A stretch of DNA of 64,000 bases from Devosia sp. (GCA_028290665.1 JAQGJK010000026.1:90861-154860), one strand, 5' to 3'; shown: positions 1 to 8,891, numbered from the stretch's first letter. Made by a program: numbers and translations. The notes: generated from the sequence alone by a model not told the origin.

Positions 1-428
1 CGGCGCGCCAGGTGGAAACGCAGGCTCAGCCGGTGCAAATGCTGGAAGGTGCGACGTGCAAGGCCGCGAACTGCATGCTGTCCGACACTGGCGAACAGGA
101 TATCGCGCAATTGTTGGAAGCCGGCATCGAGCACATTGCCGACGCCATAGGCGATGACCAGCACTACCGGCACGGCAACGCCCAGGATGATTCCAGCATC
201 CGCCCCAGTGGTGTCGAGAGTGTCGATGATCGCCTTATAGGCAAACGGCACCAGCGTCGTCGCGACCTTCGAGGCCAGCAACGCCAGCACGGCCAGCACG
301 ACGCGTAGCTTCAGGTCCGGCCGATCCGCGGGCCACATGTAGACCCAGAGATTGCGCACGGTAGCGAGCAAATTGCCCTCGTCCGCATTGACTGTCGGAC
401 GGGCAGCCTTGTCATCCTCAACAGCCAT
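1..428 (-). CDS. ABCB/Atm1-type exporter (fused TMD-NBD), N-terminal fragment; the gene continues beyond the window start
   Basis: Hand translation of the minus strand from ATG 428-426 gives MAVEDDKAARPTVNADEGNLLATVRNLWVYMWPADRPDLKLRVVLAVLALLASKVATTLVPFAYKAIIDTL..., open to position 1. This N-terminal pattern is typical of bacterial Atm1/ABCB7-like transporters. It is missing from the ORF track only because it has no stop in the window. The start overlaps the upstream stop (ATGA). Confidence 0.7.
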   Translation of the reverse strand, partial: MAVEDDKAARPTVNADEGNLLATVRNLWVYMWPADRPDLKLRVVLAVLALLASKVATTLVPFAYKAIIDTLDTTGADAGIILGVAVPVVLVIAYGVGNVLDAGFQQLRDILFASVGQHAVRGLARRTFQHLHRLSLRFHLAR

Positions 429-760
429 CAGGCCAGTTCCACCTGTGGCAGCGGGGCGCCAAGTCCCGAAATCAGTCCAGTGTACGAAGCACCAAGCGCA
501 TCAAGGCGTTCCTTGCGCAGCGAATAACAGTTACGCGTGCCGCGCGCATGCCGATCGATCAGCCCGGCGTCGAGCAGCACCTTGATGTGCTGCGACACCG
601 TCGACTGCGCTAGTGGCAGGCATTGAGTGACATCGGTGCAGCAACACCCGGAGGCCGCTGGCCGGGCGAGAATGCGCAGGATGCTGAGGCGCACCGGGTG
701 CCCCAGCGCGCGCATCATCGCAGCCAGATCGTCATCTTCCATGGGAAACAGGTCTTTCAT
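428..760 (-). CDS. ArsR/SmtB-family metalloregulatory transcription factor
   Basis: 110 aa. Winged HTH: HPVRLSILRIL...LAQSTVSQHIKVLLDAGLI. Cys triplet (GCCCTDV) sits where the alpha3 metal site lies in this family. Confidence 0.85.
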   Translation of the reverse strand: MKDLFPMEDDDLAAMMRALGHPVRLSILRILARPAASGCCCTDVTQCLPLAQSTVSQHIKVLLDAGLIDRHARGTRNCYSLRKERLDALGASYTGLISGLGAPLPQVELA

Positions 761-809
761 CGGCGTTTACCGATAGAAGAACTCCTCCCAAACCGCAAGC
801 CGGTTGCGC

Positions 810-3800
810 CTAATCACCCGTCGGCAATTCAAACACCTGCCCGGGATAGATCATGTCCGGGTCGCCGATCTGGGCGGAATTGGCCTCATAGATCGTCGTG
901 TACTTGATCCCCTGACCATACACACGCCGCGCGATGGTCCAGAGATTATCGCCACGCCGGATGATCGCCTTACCCGAGACGAAACGCTGCGCCTCCGGAT
1001 CGCCGGTTGGCACGGCCCGGAGGGTCGGTATTTCCGGTGCCGGCGGGGCTTCTGCAACCACGGTGGGAACGGTATCAGGCTCGGGCGTCACCGGCTCTAG
1101 TGTGGCGACCTCGGGTGGTATGATCTCAGGGGCTGCAACATCAGGCGCTACAACCTTGGGCGCCGCAACCTCAGGCGTCGCAACCTCAGGTATCGCCACC
1201 TCGGGTATCGCCTCGGGAATAGCCGCCTCGGGTATTTGCGCAATTGTCGGCGCCGGGGCCACAACTGATTCCGACGGCGACACCGTCTCCCCCGTGCCTG
1301 CCCCTGGCACCATCAACGGCAGCTCGGGCACCGGTTCGGCCATCTCGGTATCAACCGGCACGTCAATACCTGTGGCATCACCCGGCAGGACGGCAGTGCC
1401 GTCGGCTTCCGGTGTAATCCCCGTTGCGACCTCGCCCGAACCGGGCAGGCCAGTAGCGTCCGGCACTACCGATGACGGATCAGCCAGCGGCTGAATTTCA
1501 GCGGGAGTGTCAGCCTGAACAACGGCATCGTTCGCCTCGGGCACGGCGTCCGTGGCAATGCCCACGCCGGCGACAACCGGAGCACTGTCCGGCACCATCG
1601 CTGGTTGTTCGCTCAAGGGAGCGTCGACCATCGGCAATTCGGCAGCCGGCGTATCGGCCGGCGGTGCCTCGGTGACCGGGACATCGGAGGACGGCGCCTC
1701 GATAACCGGCGGTGCGATTACCGGCCTCTCCTCAGAAGGAACGTCTGCCACCGGCGGCAATGTTGCTATCGGCGCAGTTACCTCCGGCTCAACCGGAACG
1801 ACCACCGGGTTGGCCGAGGTTTCGGCCGTCGCGGCGTTGGCCTCATCGTCAATTGACAGCGGACCCTGAGCATCAGGAGTTGCTGTCTCCTGTGGTGCTG
1901 CGGTCTGCGACGAACTCTGCGGCACATCGCCGGCCGGCTGCGTCTCGGGGTTGGGTGTCGCGACCGGCGGCTCTGCCACCGGCGGGGCCGCCCTCGTCTC
2001 GGCCGGGTCCGGGGTAGGTGCGGTTGGCAACGTGTCGGTCGGCTCTGTTATCGGAGTTTCCTCCGGAGTTGTTGCGACATCCGGGGGCCCGGGATCGGCG
2101 ACGGGCGGAGGTTCGGCGGCATCCACTAGAGGCGTTTCAGTTGCAGGTTCCGGCTCGACCGAACCATCGGGCGTCGGCGCGACGAGCTCATCAGCCATAG
2201 GCGCGACTTCGGGCGTTTCCGCGGGGACCTGAGTTTCAGGGACAATCGCAGGTACAGTAACGGATGGCTCCACCGTGACCGGGGCCGCCACCGTCGGCTG
2301 CTCGGCCGGCAATGCGGGCTCGGTTTCCGGCAGCGGCGTCGCGATCGCCGGTGCCGCGGGCACCGCGTCCTCGACTGCCGGCACGTCGGCAATCGGCGCC
2401 TCGGTTACCGCCGCATCGCTCGGCGTCTCAACGACCGGCGCCTCGACTGAAGGCGACTCGATCGGGTCGATAATGTCGGGCGTTACAACGGGGACGTCCG
2501 GCGCGATTGCCGGCGCCTCTGGCTCCACTGCAGGCAATTCGGCTTCGGCAACCGGTGCTTCCGCAACTTCCGGCTCGACAGCAGGAGCCGTTGCCACCTC
2601 GGGCTCGATGGCCGATAGCTCCGGTTCAGCGGCCGGAGTGACGGGTTCGGCAACCGGCAATTCAGGCGCTACCGTCGGTGCAACAGCTGTCGCGACAGGC
2701 TCATCCGCCTCGGCTGCGGGAGGCTCCACCGGCACGGTTTCCGGCACCACAACAGCGGGCTCCTCCGCAGCAACAATCGGCTCGGGCGTCTCTACCGGTG
2801 GCTCGACCGTGGCGGGCACCGTCGCCAGAGGGTCCGAGGTCAACGGCACGGCGGCCTCGGTTTCGACACCCCCCGCTACCGGTTCAGTCGGTGCAACGCC
2901 GGTGTTGAGCTCGGGTGCGGCCTCAGGCTCCACCTGCGCAAGCTCGATCGGCGCATCTGCAGCGGGATCGACAACCTCCGGCAGATCGACGACGAAGTTC
3001 ACCTCTGCCCGTGCCGCCACCTCGGCGGATTCCGGCTGCAGCATGTCGACGCGCACGCGCTGGCTCGGCTGGTCGAGGATCTTGCCCGCTTCCACCAGCC
3101 AGCGGCCACCCGCCACCGTGGCATCAGCCACATAAGTGCCATCGACGTAGAGCCGCATGGTAAAGCCTTCAGGGCCGGCACCGGCAAAGAAGGTCTGGTC
3201 GCCGTCAATCTCGATGGCGTCGATGCTCGGCGCGATGGACGGCAACACGAATTCGGGCTCGGCCGGTACGATGGCAGAGGGATCGACCGCAGCGAGTTCG
3301 GTCTCCTCCTCAGGTTCCACCGACGTTTCGACCGGCGGCGCCTGAGGACTCTCGGTCACCGGCGCTTCGGTAGCCGGCGCAGCCGCTTCCTCAGTCGCGG
3401 GCTGTTCTTCGACAGGCGGGGTTAGCTCGGCGGGTGCTTCAGTCCTCGCTACCTCAGGCGCCGCAGGCGCATCGGCAATGGCATCCGTCGCCGGCGTTTC
3501 CGCAGCCGGTACAGTTTCGGGAACAGTCGCCTCTGGTGTGATGGCCTCAGGCTCGACCGCCGCCACCACCGCCGTCTCTGGTTCCGGTACATCAGGACGG
3601 CCCAGCCCCTGCAGCACCGAACTCGCCTCGCCCGGCAGGCTGGCGACAACCAGCGGTTCGGCGGTCTGCTCGGGATCGATGACCACGACGAAACTCTGCG
3701 GCGCCCGCGCCTCGGAGCCGGCGACGTTGAGCGTCAGTTCGACCCCGTCGGGCGCCACGGCGGCATCCGGGACGATGGCCCAGTCGCCACTCGACTCGAC

Positions 3801-4157
3801 TTCGGTCGTTCCGATGATTTCGCCGTTGGCGCGCAGTTCGATGGTGTCGCCCGGCTTGCCGCTGCCGGCCACGACCATGAACCCATCGGGTTCGACACGC
3901 ACCAGGCCGAATTCCGGCAGGATCGCCGTCGCCACGGTCTCGACTGCCGGCTCGGGCGCAACAGTCGTCGCCGGAACTACAGCGATGGCAGTCGCCGGTG
4001 CCGTGTCGCTTACCGTCGCCGGCGCGGTAGTTCCCGCCAGCATCCCAGCGCTCGACCAGCGCTCGGCAAAGCACGCGCCAAAACTCCGCGCGCCATCAAG
4101 GCAACCAAGGGCAGTCGGACCCGCTACTATGCCGAGCACGACGAGTATGGTCGCCAT
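810..4157 (-). CDS. Giant acidic Pro/Glu/Ala/Val/Thr-rich envelope protein with a C-terminal LysM peptidoglycan-binding domain
   Basis: 1115-aa ORF. N-terminal hydrophobic anchor (ATILVVLGIVAGPTALG). Two short beta-rich globular modules (GKPGDTIELRANGEIIGTTEVESSGDWAIVPD; FFAGAGPEGFTMRLYVDGTYVADATVAGGRWLVEAG). Very long low-complexity spacers. C-terminal LysM (GDNLWTIARRVYGQGIKYTTIYEANSAQIGDPDMIYPGQVFELP). The true start is probably CTG at 4244 (see findings). Confidence 0.85.
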   Translation of the reverse strand: MATILVVLGIVAGPTALGCLDGARSFGACFAERWSSAGMLAGTTAPATVSDTAPATAIAVVPATTVAPEPAVETVATAILPEFGLVRVEPDGFMVVAGSGKPGDTIELRANGEIIGTTEVESSGDWAIVPDAAVAPDGVELTLNVAGSEARAPQSFVVVIDPEQTAEPLVVASLPGEASSVLQGLGRPDVPEPETAVVAAVEPEAITPEATVPETVPAAETPATDAIADAPAAPEVARTEAPAELTPPVEEQPATEEAAAPATEAPVTESPQAPPVETSVEPEEETELAAVDPSAIVPAEPEFVLPSIAPSIDAIEIDGDQTFFAGAGPEGFTMRLYVDGTYVADATVAGGRWLVEAGKILDQPSQRVRVDMLQPESAEVAARAEVNFVVDLPEVVDPAADAPIELAQVEPEAAPELNTGVAPTEPVAGGVETEAAVPLTSDPLATVPATVEPPVETPEPIVAAEEPAVVVPETVPVEPPAAEADEPVATAVAPTVAPELPVAEPVTPAAEPELSAIEPEVATAPAVEPEVAEAPVAEAELPAVEPEAPAIAPDVPVVTPDIIDPIESPSVEAPVVETPSDAAVTEAPIADVPAVEDAVPAAPAIATPLPETEPALPAEQPTVAAPVTVEPSVTVPAIVPETQVPAETPEVAPMADELVAPTPDGSVEPEPATETPLVDAAEPPPVADPGPPDVATTPEETPITEPTDTLPTAPTPDPAETRAAPPVAEPPVATPNPETQPAGDVPQSSSQTAAPQETATPDAQGPLSIDDEANAATAETSANPVVVPVEPEVTAPIATLPPVADVPSEERPVIAPPVIEAPSSDVPVTEAPPADTPAAELPMVDAPLSEQPAMVPDSAPVVAGVGIATDAVPEANDAVVQADTPAEIQPLADPSSVVPDATGLPGSGEVATGITPEADGTAVLPGDATGIDVPVDTEMAEPVPELPLMVPGAGTGETVSPSESVVAPAPTIAQIPEAAIPEAIPEVAIPEVATPEVAAPKVVAPDVAAPEIIPPEVATLEPVTPEPDTVPTVVAEAPPAPEIPTLRAVPTGDPEAQRFVSGKAIIRRGDNLWTIARRVYGQGIKYTTIYEANSAQIGDPDMIYPGQVFELPTGD
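1147..1236. repeat. Imperfect 15-nt tandem repeat inside the LysM-protein gene
   Basis: Consecutive units gcaacctcaggcgtc / gcaacctcaggtatc / gccacctcgggtatc / gcctcgggaatagcc / gcctcgggtatt. On the minus strand they encode ...IPEAIPEVAIPEVATPEVAAP.... Confidence 0.6.
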
Positions 4158-4241
4158 GGCGGCGCCGACGGCCAGGGTCGCGGTCCGTCGGGGCGCGGGC
4201 TGGGGCTTCGGCGCGGGCTTGGGGGCGGGAGAAGGAGCGGC

Positions 4242-4254
4242 CAGTTTTGCCTCC
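4242..4254 (-). promoter_or_regulatory. Candidate ribosome-binding site plus non-canonical CTG start for the LysM protein
   Basis: The minus strand reads GGAGG (4254-4250), CAAAA (4249-4245), CTG (4244-4242). The CTG is in frame with ATG 4157 and there is no stop between them. Confidence 0.4.
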
Positions 4255-4273
4255 GGGGCGAGATGGCCACGCC

Positions 4274-5878
4274 TCAGGCAATCGCCGGGGCAGCCTCGGT
4301 TTTCATCAGTTTGTACGTCATCGACTCATAGAGTGCCTCGAACGAGGCATCAATGATATTGGGCGACACGCCAATGGTGTACCAGCGCTCCCCGGTGGCA
4401 TCGCGACTTTCGACCAGTACACGGGTGACCGCGCCCGTGCCGCCGTCGAGAATACGCACTTTGAAATCGACCAATTCAAGATCGGCGATCTGCTCGGAGT
4501 ACTTGCCGAGGTCTTTCCGCAGCGCCACGTCGAGCGCATTCACCGGCCCGTTACCTTCGGCTACCGACATCAGCAGCTCCTCGCCAATGCGGATTTTCAC
4601 CACCGCTTCGGTCACCGTAACCTGCTCGCCCCGCATATTGTGCCGGCGCTCGACGCTGGTGCGGTAGCTCTCGACTTCGAAAAAGTCCGGCAAGGTGCCG
4701 AGTGTCCGGCGGGCCAGGATGGCAAAACTCGCATCGGCGCCGTCATAGGAATAGCCGCGCGCCTCCCGGGTTTTCACCTCGAGCAGCAGCCCGTCGAGCC
4801 GGACATCATCTTTGCCGATGGCGATGCCATGCCGGGCAAGCGCAGTAACAAGGTTGGATTTGCCCGCCTGCTGACTAACCATCACATTCCGTTCATTCCC
4901 AACGGTTTCGGGCGGAATGTGCTCATAGCTCGAAGGATCCTTGGCTAGCGCCGACGCATGAATGCCGGCTTTCGTCGCGAACGCCGCCGACCCGACATAG
5001 GGCGCCTGCCGGAATGAGCCGCGATTGAGCAGCATGTCGAAACGCCGCGAAATCGAGGTCAGCTTGCCGAGTTGGGTCTTTGTGATCCCCAGTTCGAGCC
5101 GGTCGGCAAACTCCGATTTCAGCATCAGCGTCGGGATCAGCGTGATGAGATTGGCATTGCCGCAGCGCTCGCCGATGCCGTTGAGCGTGCCCTGTACCTG
5201 CCGGACGCCGGCCGCCACGGCCGCAAGGGTATTGGCGACGGCCTGCCCGGTATCGTCGTGGGCATGGATGCCGAGCTTATCGCCGGGCGCAACTTTCAAC
5301 ACCGCACCGACGATGGCGGTGATTTCAGACGGCATGGTGCCGCCATTGGTATCACACAGGATCACCCAACGCGCGCCGGCACCGAGCGCAGTTCGGAGGC
5401 AGTCAAGCGCGTAATCCGGCTCGGATTTGTAGCCATCGAAGAAATGCTCCATATCGACGAGCACCTCTTTGCCGGCGGCTTCTGCAGCAGTGACGGACTC
5501 GGCAAGGCTCGCGAGATTTTCCGCGTTGCTGATGCCAAGGGTCAGCGCCACCTGATGTGCCGAACTCTTTGAAACGAAACAGACGGCATCGGCAGCCGAA
5601 TTGATCAGCCCTTGCACACCCGGATCATTGCCGATCGAGCGCCCTGCCCGCTTGGTCATGCCGAACGCCGTGAAGATCGCTTTGGTCGTCCGCTTGCGCT
5701 CGAAGAACTCGCTATCGACAAGGTTGGCACCGGGATAGCCGCCTTCGATGTAGTCGACGCCCAATTCCTCGAGCAGCCGCGTCACCGAGATTTTGTCTTC
5801 GAGCGAAAACTCGACGCCGGCAGTCTGGGCGCCGTCTCGTAGAGTCGTGTCAAAGATATAGAGCCGTTCTTTAGTCAC
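4274..5878 (-). CDS. cimA: Citramalate synthase (2-isopropylmalate synthase-like family)
   Basis: ERLYIFDTTLRDGAQTAGVEFSLEDK and LGIHAHDDTGQAVANTLAAV, plus a C-terminal LeuA-dimer-like domain. Start placed at GTG 5878 (VTKERLYIF...), giving a GTGA overlap with the upstream stop. ATG 5902 is the ORF-track alternative. Confidence 0.85.
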   Translation of the reverse strand: MTKERLYIFDTTLRDGAQTAGVEFSLEDKISVTRLLEELGVDYIEGGYPGANLVDSEFFERKRTTKAIFTAFGMTKRAGRSIGNDPGVQGLINSAADAVCFVSKSSAHQVALTLGISNAENLASLAESVTAAEAAGKEVLVDMEHFFDGYKSEPDYALDCLRTALGAGARWVILCDTNGGTMPSEITAIVGAVLKVAPGDKLGIHAHDDTGQAVANTLAAVAAGVRQVQGTLNGIGERCGNANLITLIPTLMLKSEFADRLELGITKTQLGKLTSISRRFDMLLNRGSFRQAPYVGSAAFATKAGIHASALAKDPSSYEHIPPETVGNERNVMVSQQAGKSNLVTALARHGIAIGKDDVRLDGLLLEVKTREARGYSYDGADASFAILARRTLGTLPDFFEVESYRTSVERRHNMRGEQVTVTEAVVKIRIGEELLMSVAEGNGPVNALDVALRKDLGKYSEQIADLELVDFKVRILDGGTGAVTRVLVESRDATGERWYTIGVSPNIIDASFEALYESMTYKLMKTEAAPAIA

Positions 5879-6375
5879 TGGCTTGAACTCGTTAGCGGCC
5901 ATTCGGCCGTGTCGTGGTCGGGGTGCTGGCGGCTGGATGAGCTAATCGCAGCTGCCCAAGCCTCCTGCCCGTCTTCAGTCGCCCCGCCATCCTTGAGGCC
6001 CGTGATGCCGGAAAAATAAGGCACCTGCGCTTCGGTGCCGGTGTTGGCACCGGGTGGGAACAATTCGGGATGATCGAGCGACCCGATGGTCAGATTGACC
6101 CGGCCGCCTGCGGTACTGTCGTAAAACAATGGCGTGCCGCAATCCCGGCAGAAACCGCGATCGACGTGTTCGGACGACCGGAAGCGAGCCGGTTCGCCGC
6201 GCGTCCACACCAGCGTTTCGCGCGGCGCAGCAACGAGTGCGGCGAACAGATTGCCCACCGCCTTCTGGCACATGCGGCAATGGCAGAGGTGCGAATTGTC
6301 GAGCATGTGCGTCGTATGATAGCGCACCGCGCCGCACTGGCAGCCGCCACTCACCTCCATGGCATATCGGTTCAT
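5875..6375 (-). CDS. GFA/CENP-V family protein (glutathione-dependent formaldehyde-activating-like, Zn/Cys-rich)
   Basis: CQCGAVRYH...CHCRMCQKAVGN...FCRDCGTPLF. Start placed at MNRYAMEV (ATG 6375), which overlaps the upstream stop as ATGA. Confidence 0.8.
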   Translation of the reverse strand: MNRYAMEVSGGCQCGAVRYHTTHMLDNSHLCHCRMCQKAVGNLFAALVAAPRETLVWTRGEPARFRSSEHVDRGFCRDCGTPLFYDSTAGGRVNLTIGSLDHPELFPPGANTGTEAQVPYFSGITGLKDGGATEDGQEAWAAAISSSSRQHPDHDTAEWPLTSSSQ

Positions 6376-6857
6376 TTCGACACCACGGCGTTGGGCGGCC
6401 AATCTTCGGTATCGTGGTCAGGGTGCTGGTTCGAATGAATGCCGGCCATAAAATCCACCCACTCCTCGCTTTCGTCCTCGCGGACTGGCAAGGCGGTCAG
6501 CGTATCGAAAAACGACAGCTTGTCGGTCGGATTGACCTGGATGACCGGCGCTGCAATTTCCGGTTCGTCGAAGGCACCGATGGCGAGTTCGAGCCCGAAC
6601 TTGGTTTCGTACCCCAGCGGCGTACCGCAATCGCCGCAAAACGCGCGCCGCGCCGCGTTCGAACTCTGAAACCACTTTGGCATCCCGCGGGTCCAGGTCG
6701 CGTCATGCGCCGTCACCAACGGCCCAAAAAACCCGCCAAAAGCCTTCTGGCACATTCGGCAATGACAGATCGACGGCCGGCCAAGCAACTTGACGCGGAA
6801 CCGCACGAGGCCGCACTGGCAGCCCCCGGTCAGTTCGGGACGCTTACTCTGGGACAT
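6372..6857 (-). CDS. GFA/CENP-V family protein, paralogue of the downstream gene
   Basis: [20 protein letters not shown]...CHCRMCQKAFGG...FCGDCGTPLGY. The 250-aa ORF-track version has an Arg/Ser-rich extension that overlaps the VOC gene, so I use the internal ATG at 6857. Confidence 0.8.
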   Translation of the reverse strand: MSQSKRPELTGGCQCGLVRFRVKLLGRPSICHCRMCQKAFGGFFGPLVTAHDATWTRGMPKWFQSSNAARRAFCGDCGTPLGYETKFGLELAIGAFDEPEIAAPVIQVNPTDKLSFFDTLTALPVREDESEEWVDFMAGIHSNQHPDHDTEDWPPNAVVSK

Positions 6858-7224
6858 GGCAGACCGCCTCGATGTTGTGACCATCCGGGTCGAACACGAA
6901 GGCAGCGTAGTAGTTAGGGTGGTATTGTTGCCTGATGCCCGGCGCGCCGTTGTCGCGCCCTCCAGCAGTGAGACCGGCCGCGTGAAAGGCGTCGACCTCG
7001 GCGCGACTCTTGGCGGCAAATGCCAGATGCACGTGGTCGCGTAGCTTGCTGCCCGAATTGATCCAGAACTGCGGATGCTCGGACCCGTAGCCAATGATCG
7101 AGCCGCCGGGGATCGGAAACTCACTGATACGCGAGAAACCCAGCGCCCCCAGCGCCGCGTCGTAAAACGCTGCCGAGCCCGTCATGTCGCCGACCGAATA
7201 CCCCATGTGATCGAAAATGCTCAT
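6844..7224 (-). CDS. VOC (glyoxalase/bleomycin-resistance/dioxygenase) family protein
   Basis: [30 protein letters not shown]...HVHLAFAA...[20 protein letters not shown] 7224 overlaps the cysS stop (ATGA). Confidence 0.8.
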   Translation of the reverse strand: MSIFDHMGYSVGDMTGSAAFYDAALGALGFSRISEFPIPGGSIIGYGSEHPQFWINSGSKLRDHVHLAFAAKSRAEVDAFHAAGLTAGGRDNGAPGIRQQYHPNYYAAFVFDPDGHNIEAVCHVPE

Positions 7225-8891
7225 CGCTTGATCTCCCATTTCGTGCGCCGTTCCCCGGTTGCGGGATCCTTGAAGTCCATCAGTTGGACGCCTTGTGTCA
7301 GCAGGTCGGCGCGGATCTGGTCGGCGCCGGCGAAATCTTTTGAACTTAGCGCAGCGAGCCGGGCTTCGATTTTTCCTTCGATGAGCAACTCGGCTCGACT
7401 TTCTGAGGTGGCAAGTTTTTTGGATAAAGACGCTACTTGTAGCCAAAATGGGTGTTCTGAGGTCTCCGAAACCGGGAAATGAGTGTTTGTCCAGTCACGA
7501 AGCGCCACTACGGCGGCGAGCATTCTAACATGAGGCCGCAGTTTTCCAGAAGGCCATGTGGGGTTCTCAATTGTCGATTTTACTAGGTTTCTAATATTGG
7601 AAGCGGTTCTCCCCGAAAGTTCATTAACAATTCCCACAGCACTCAGATCCGCCTGGACAAATGCGCTCTTAGGACCCTTGAAACCAAGCCATCGTAGCGC
7701 ATAATATACGGCATATTTGTCATTCTCTTTTATAGAAGTTTCAATAAGTTCGTCAATTTTTCTGAATGCCCCACCCATATCTAAATCTTTAGATATTGCA
7801 CTGACAATAGAAGTCACTGCAATATTGTATCTTTTATTCGGTCGTGTTGTGCGATGCGCTGCAAAGTCATACCATTTTTTTAGCTTGCCCTCTGCCTCTT
7901 CCAGCCGCTTGACCGTAAAATCGATCGGCTCGCGGTAGTGCGTCATCAGCATCGCCAGCCGCAACACTTCTCCGTCCCATTTCCGGCCGCCAAATTTGTC
8001 GGTTCCCATCAGTTCGTTGATGGTAAGAAAATTGCCGAGGCTCTTGCTCATCTTCTGGCCCTCGACCTGCAGGAAGCCGTTGTGCATCCAGACATTGGCC
8101 ATCACCGGCGTCCCATGGGCGCAGCGCGATTGGGCGATCTCGTTTTCGTGGTGCGGGAAGATCAGGTCGAGCCCGCCGCCGTGGATATCGAACATCGTGC
8201 CGAGATAACGCTCACTCATTGCCGAGCATTCGATATGCCAACCCGGCCGGCCGCGGCCCCAGGGGCTGTCCCAGCCGGGCTCTTCGGCCGAGGATTGTTT
8301 CCACAGCACGAAATCGCCGGGGTTTTTCTTGTGCGCATCGACGGCGACCCGGGCGCCAGCCAGATTATCCTCGAGGTGGCGCCCCGACAGCTTGCCGTAG
8401 TCCGGCATCGATGCCGTGTCGAACAGCGCTTCGCCGCCCGCCCTGTAGGCGTTACCCTTGTCGAGCAGGGCGGCGATGATCGCCTGCATGCCGTCGATAT
8501 GCTCAGTCGCGCGCGGCTCGAAGGTTGGCTCAAGGCAGCCGAGCGCCTTGATGTCCTGCTGGTACTGGTTTGCCGTCTTTTCGGTGATTTCGCGGATTGC
8601 CGCATTGAGCGGCAAGTCCGGGAAATCCCGCGCCGCCCGGGCATTGATCTTGTCGTCGACGTCAGTGAGGTTCCGCACATAGGTGACGGCCGCCACGCCA
8701 TAAACATGGCGCAGCAGTCGGAACAGTACGTCAAACACGATGGCCGGGCGGGCGTTGCCGATGTGGGCGTAATCGTACACCGTCGGCCCGCACACATACA
8801 TGCGGACATTGCTCGGATCGATCGGCGCGAACGCCGCTTTCTCGCGGGTCAGCGTGTTGTAGAGCGTGATTTCAGTCGTAGCCGACGCCAT
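7221..8891 (-). CDS. cysS: Cysteine--tRNA ligase carrying an atypical low-GC in-frame C-terminal segment
   Basis: HIGH motif (YAHIGNARP), KMSKS (QKMSKSLGN), and the conserved C-terminus [23 protein letters not shown]...KWEIKR. It is 556 aa, against roughly 460 aa for E. coli-type enzymes. Confidence 0.9.
   Translation of the reverse strand: MASATTEITLYNTLTREKAAFAPIDPSNVRMYVCGPTVYDYAHIGNARPAIVFDVLFRLLRHVYGVAAVTYVRNLTDVDDKINARAARDFPDLPLNAAIREITEKTANQYQQDIKALGCLEPTFEPRATEHIDGMQAIIAALLDKGNAYRAGGEALFDTASMPDYGKLSGRHLEDNLAGARVAVDAHKKNPGDFVLWKQSSAEEPGWDSPWGRGRPGWHIECSAMSERYLGTMFDIHGGGLDLIFPHHENEIAQSRCAHGTPVMANVWMHNGFLQVEGQKMSKSLGNFLTINELMGTDKFGGRKWDGEVLRLAMLMTHYREPIDFTVKRLEEAEGKLKKWYDFAAHRTTRPNKRYNIAVTSIVSAISKDLDMGGAFRKIDELIETSIKENDKYAVYYALRWLGFKGPKSAFVQADLSAVGIVNELSGRTASNIRNLVKSTIENPTWPSGKLRPHVRMLAAVVALRDWTNTHFPVSETSEHPFWLQVASLSKKLATSESRAELLIEGKIEARLAALSSKDFAGADQIRADLLTQGVQLMDFKDPATGERRTKWEIKR

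Noticed and set aside
934-4356. Long plus-strand ORFs (934-1494, 1552-1869, 1951-2232, 2275-3135, 3478-4356) encoding Ser/Gly/Thr/Ala-rich low-complexity proteins.
   Set aside because: They are antisense shadows of the Pro/Glu/Ala/Val-rich LysM gene. GC-rich repetitive DNA lacks stops on the opposite strand. They have no domains, no RBS and no independent support.
7717-7938. A 73-aa plus-strand ORF inside the low-GC block of cysS. I considered it as a possible independent inserted gene.
   Set aside because: The cysS frame is uninterrupted across the block and still shows CysRS-like motifs there. The antisense ORF has no RBS or recognisable features.
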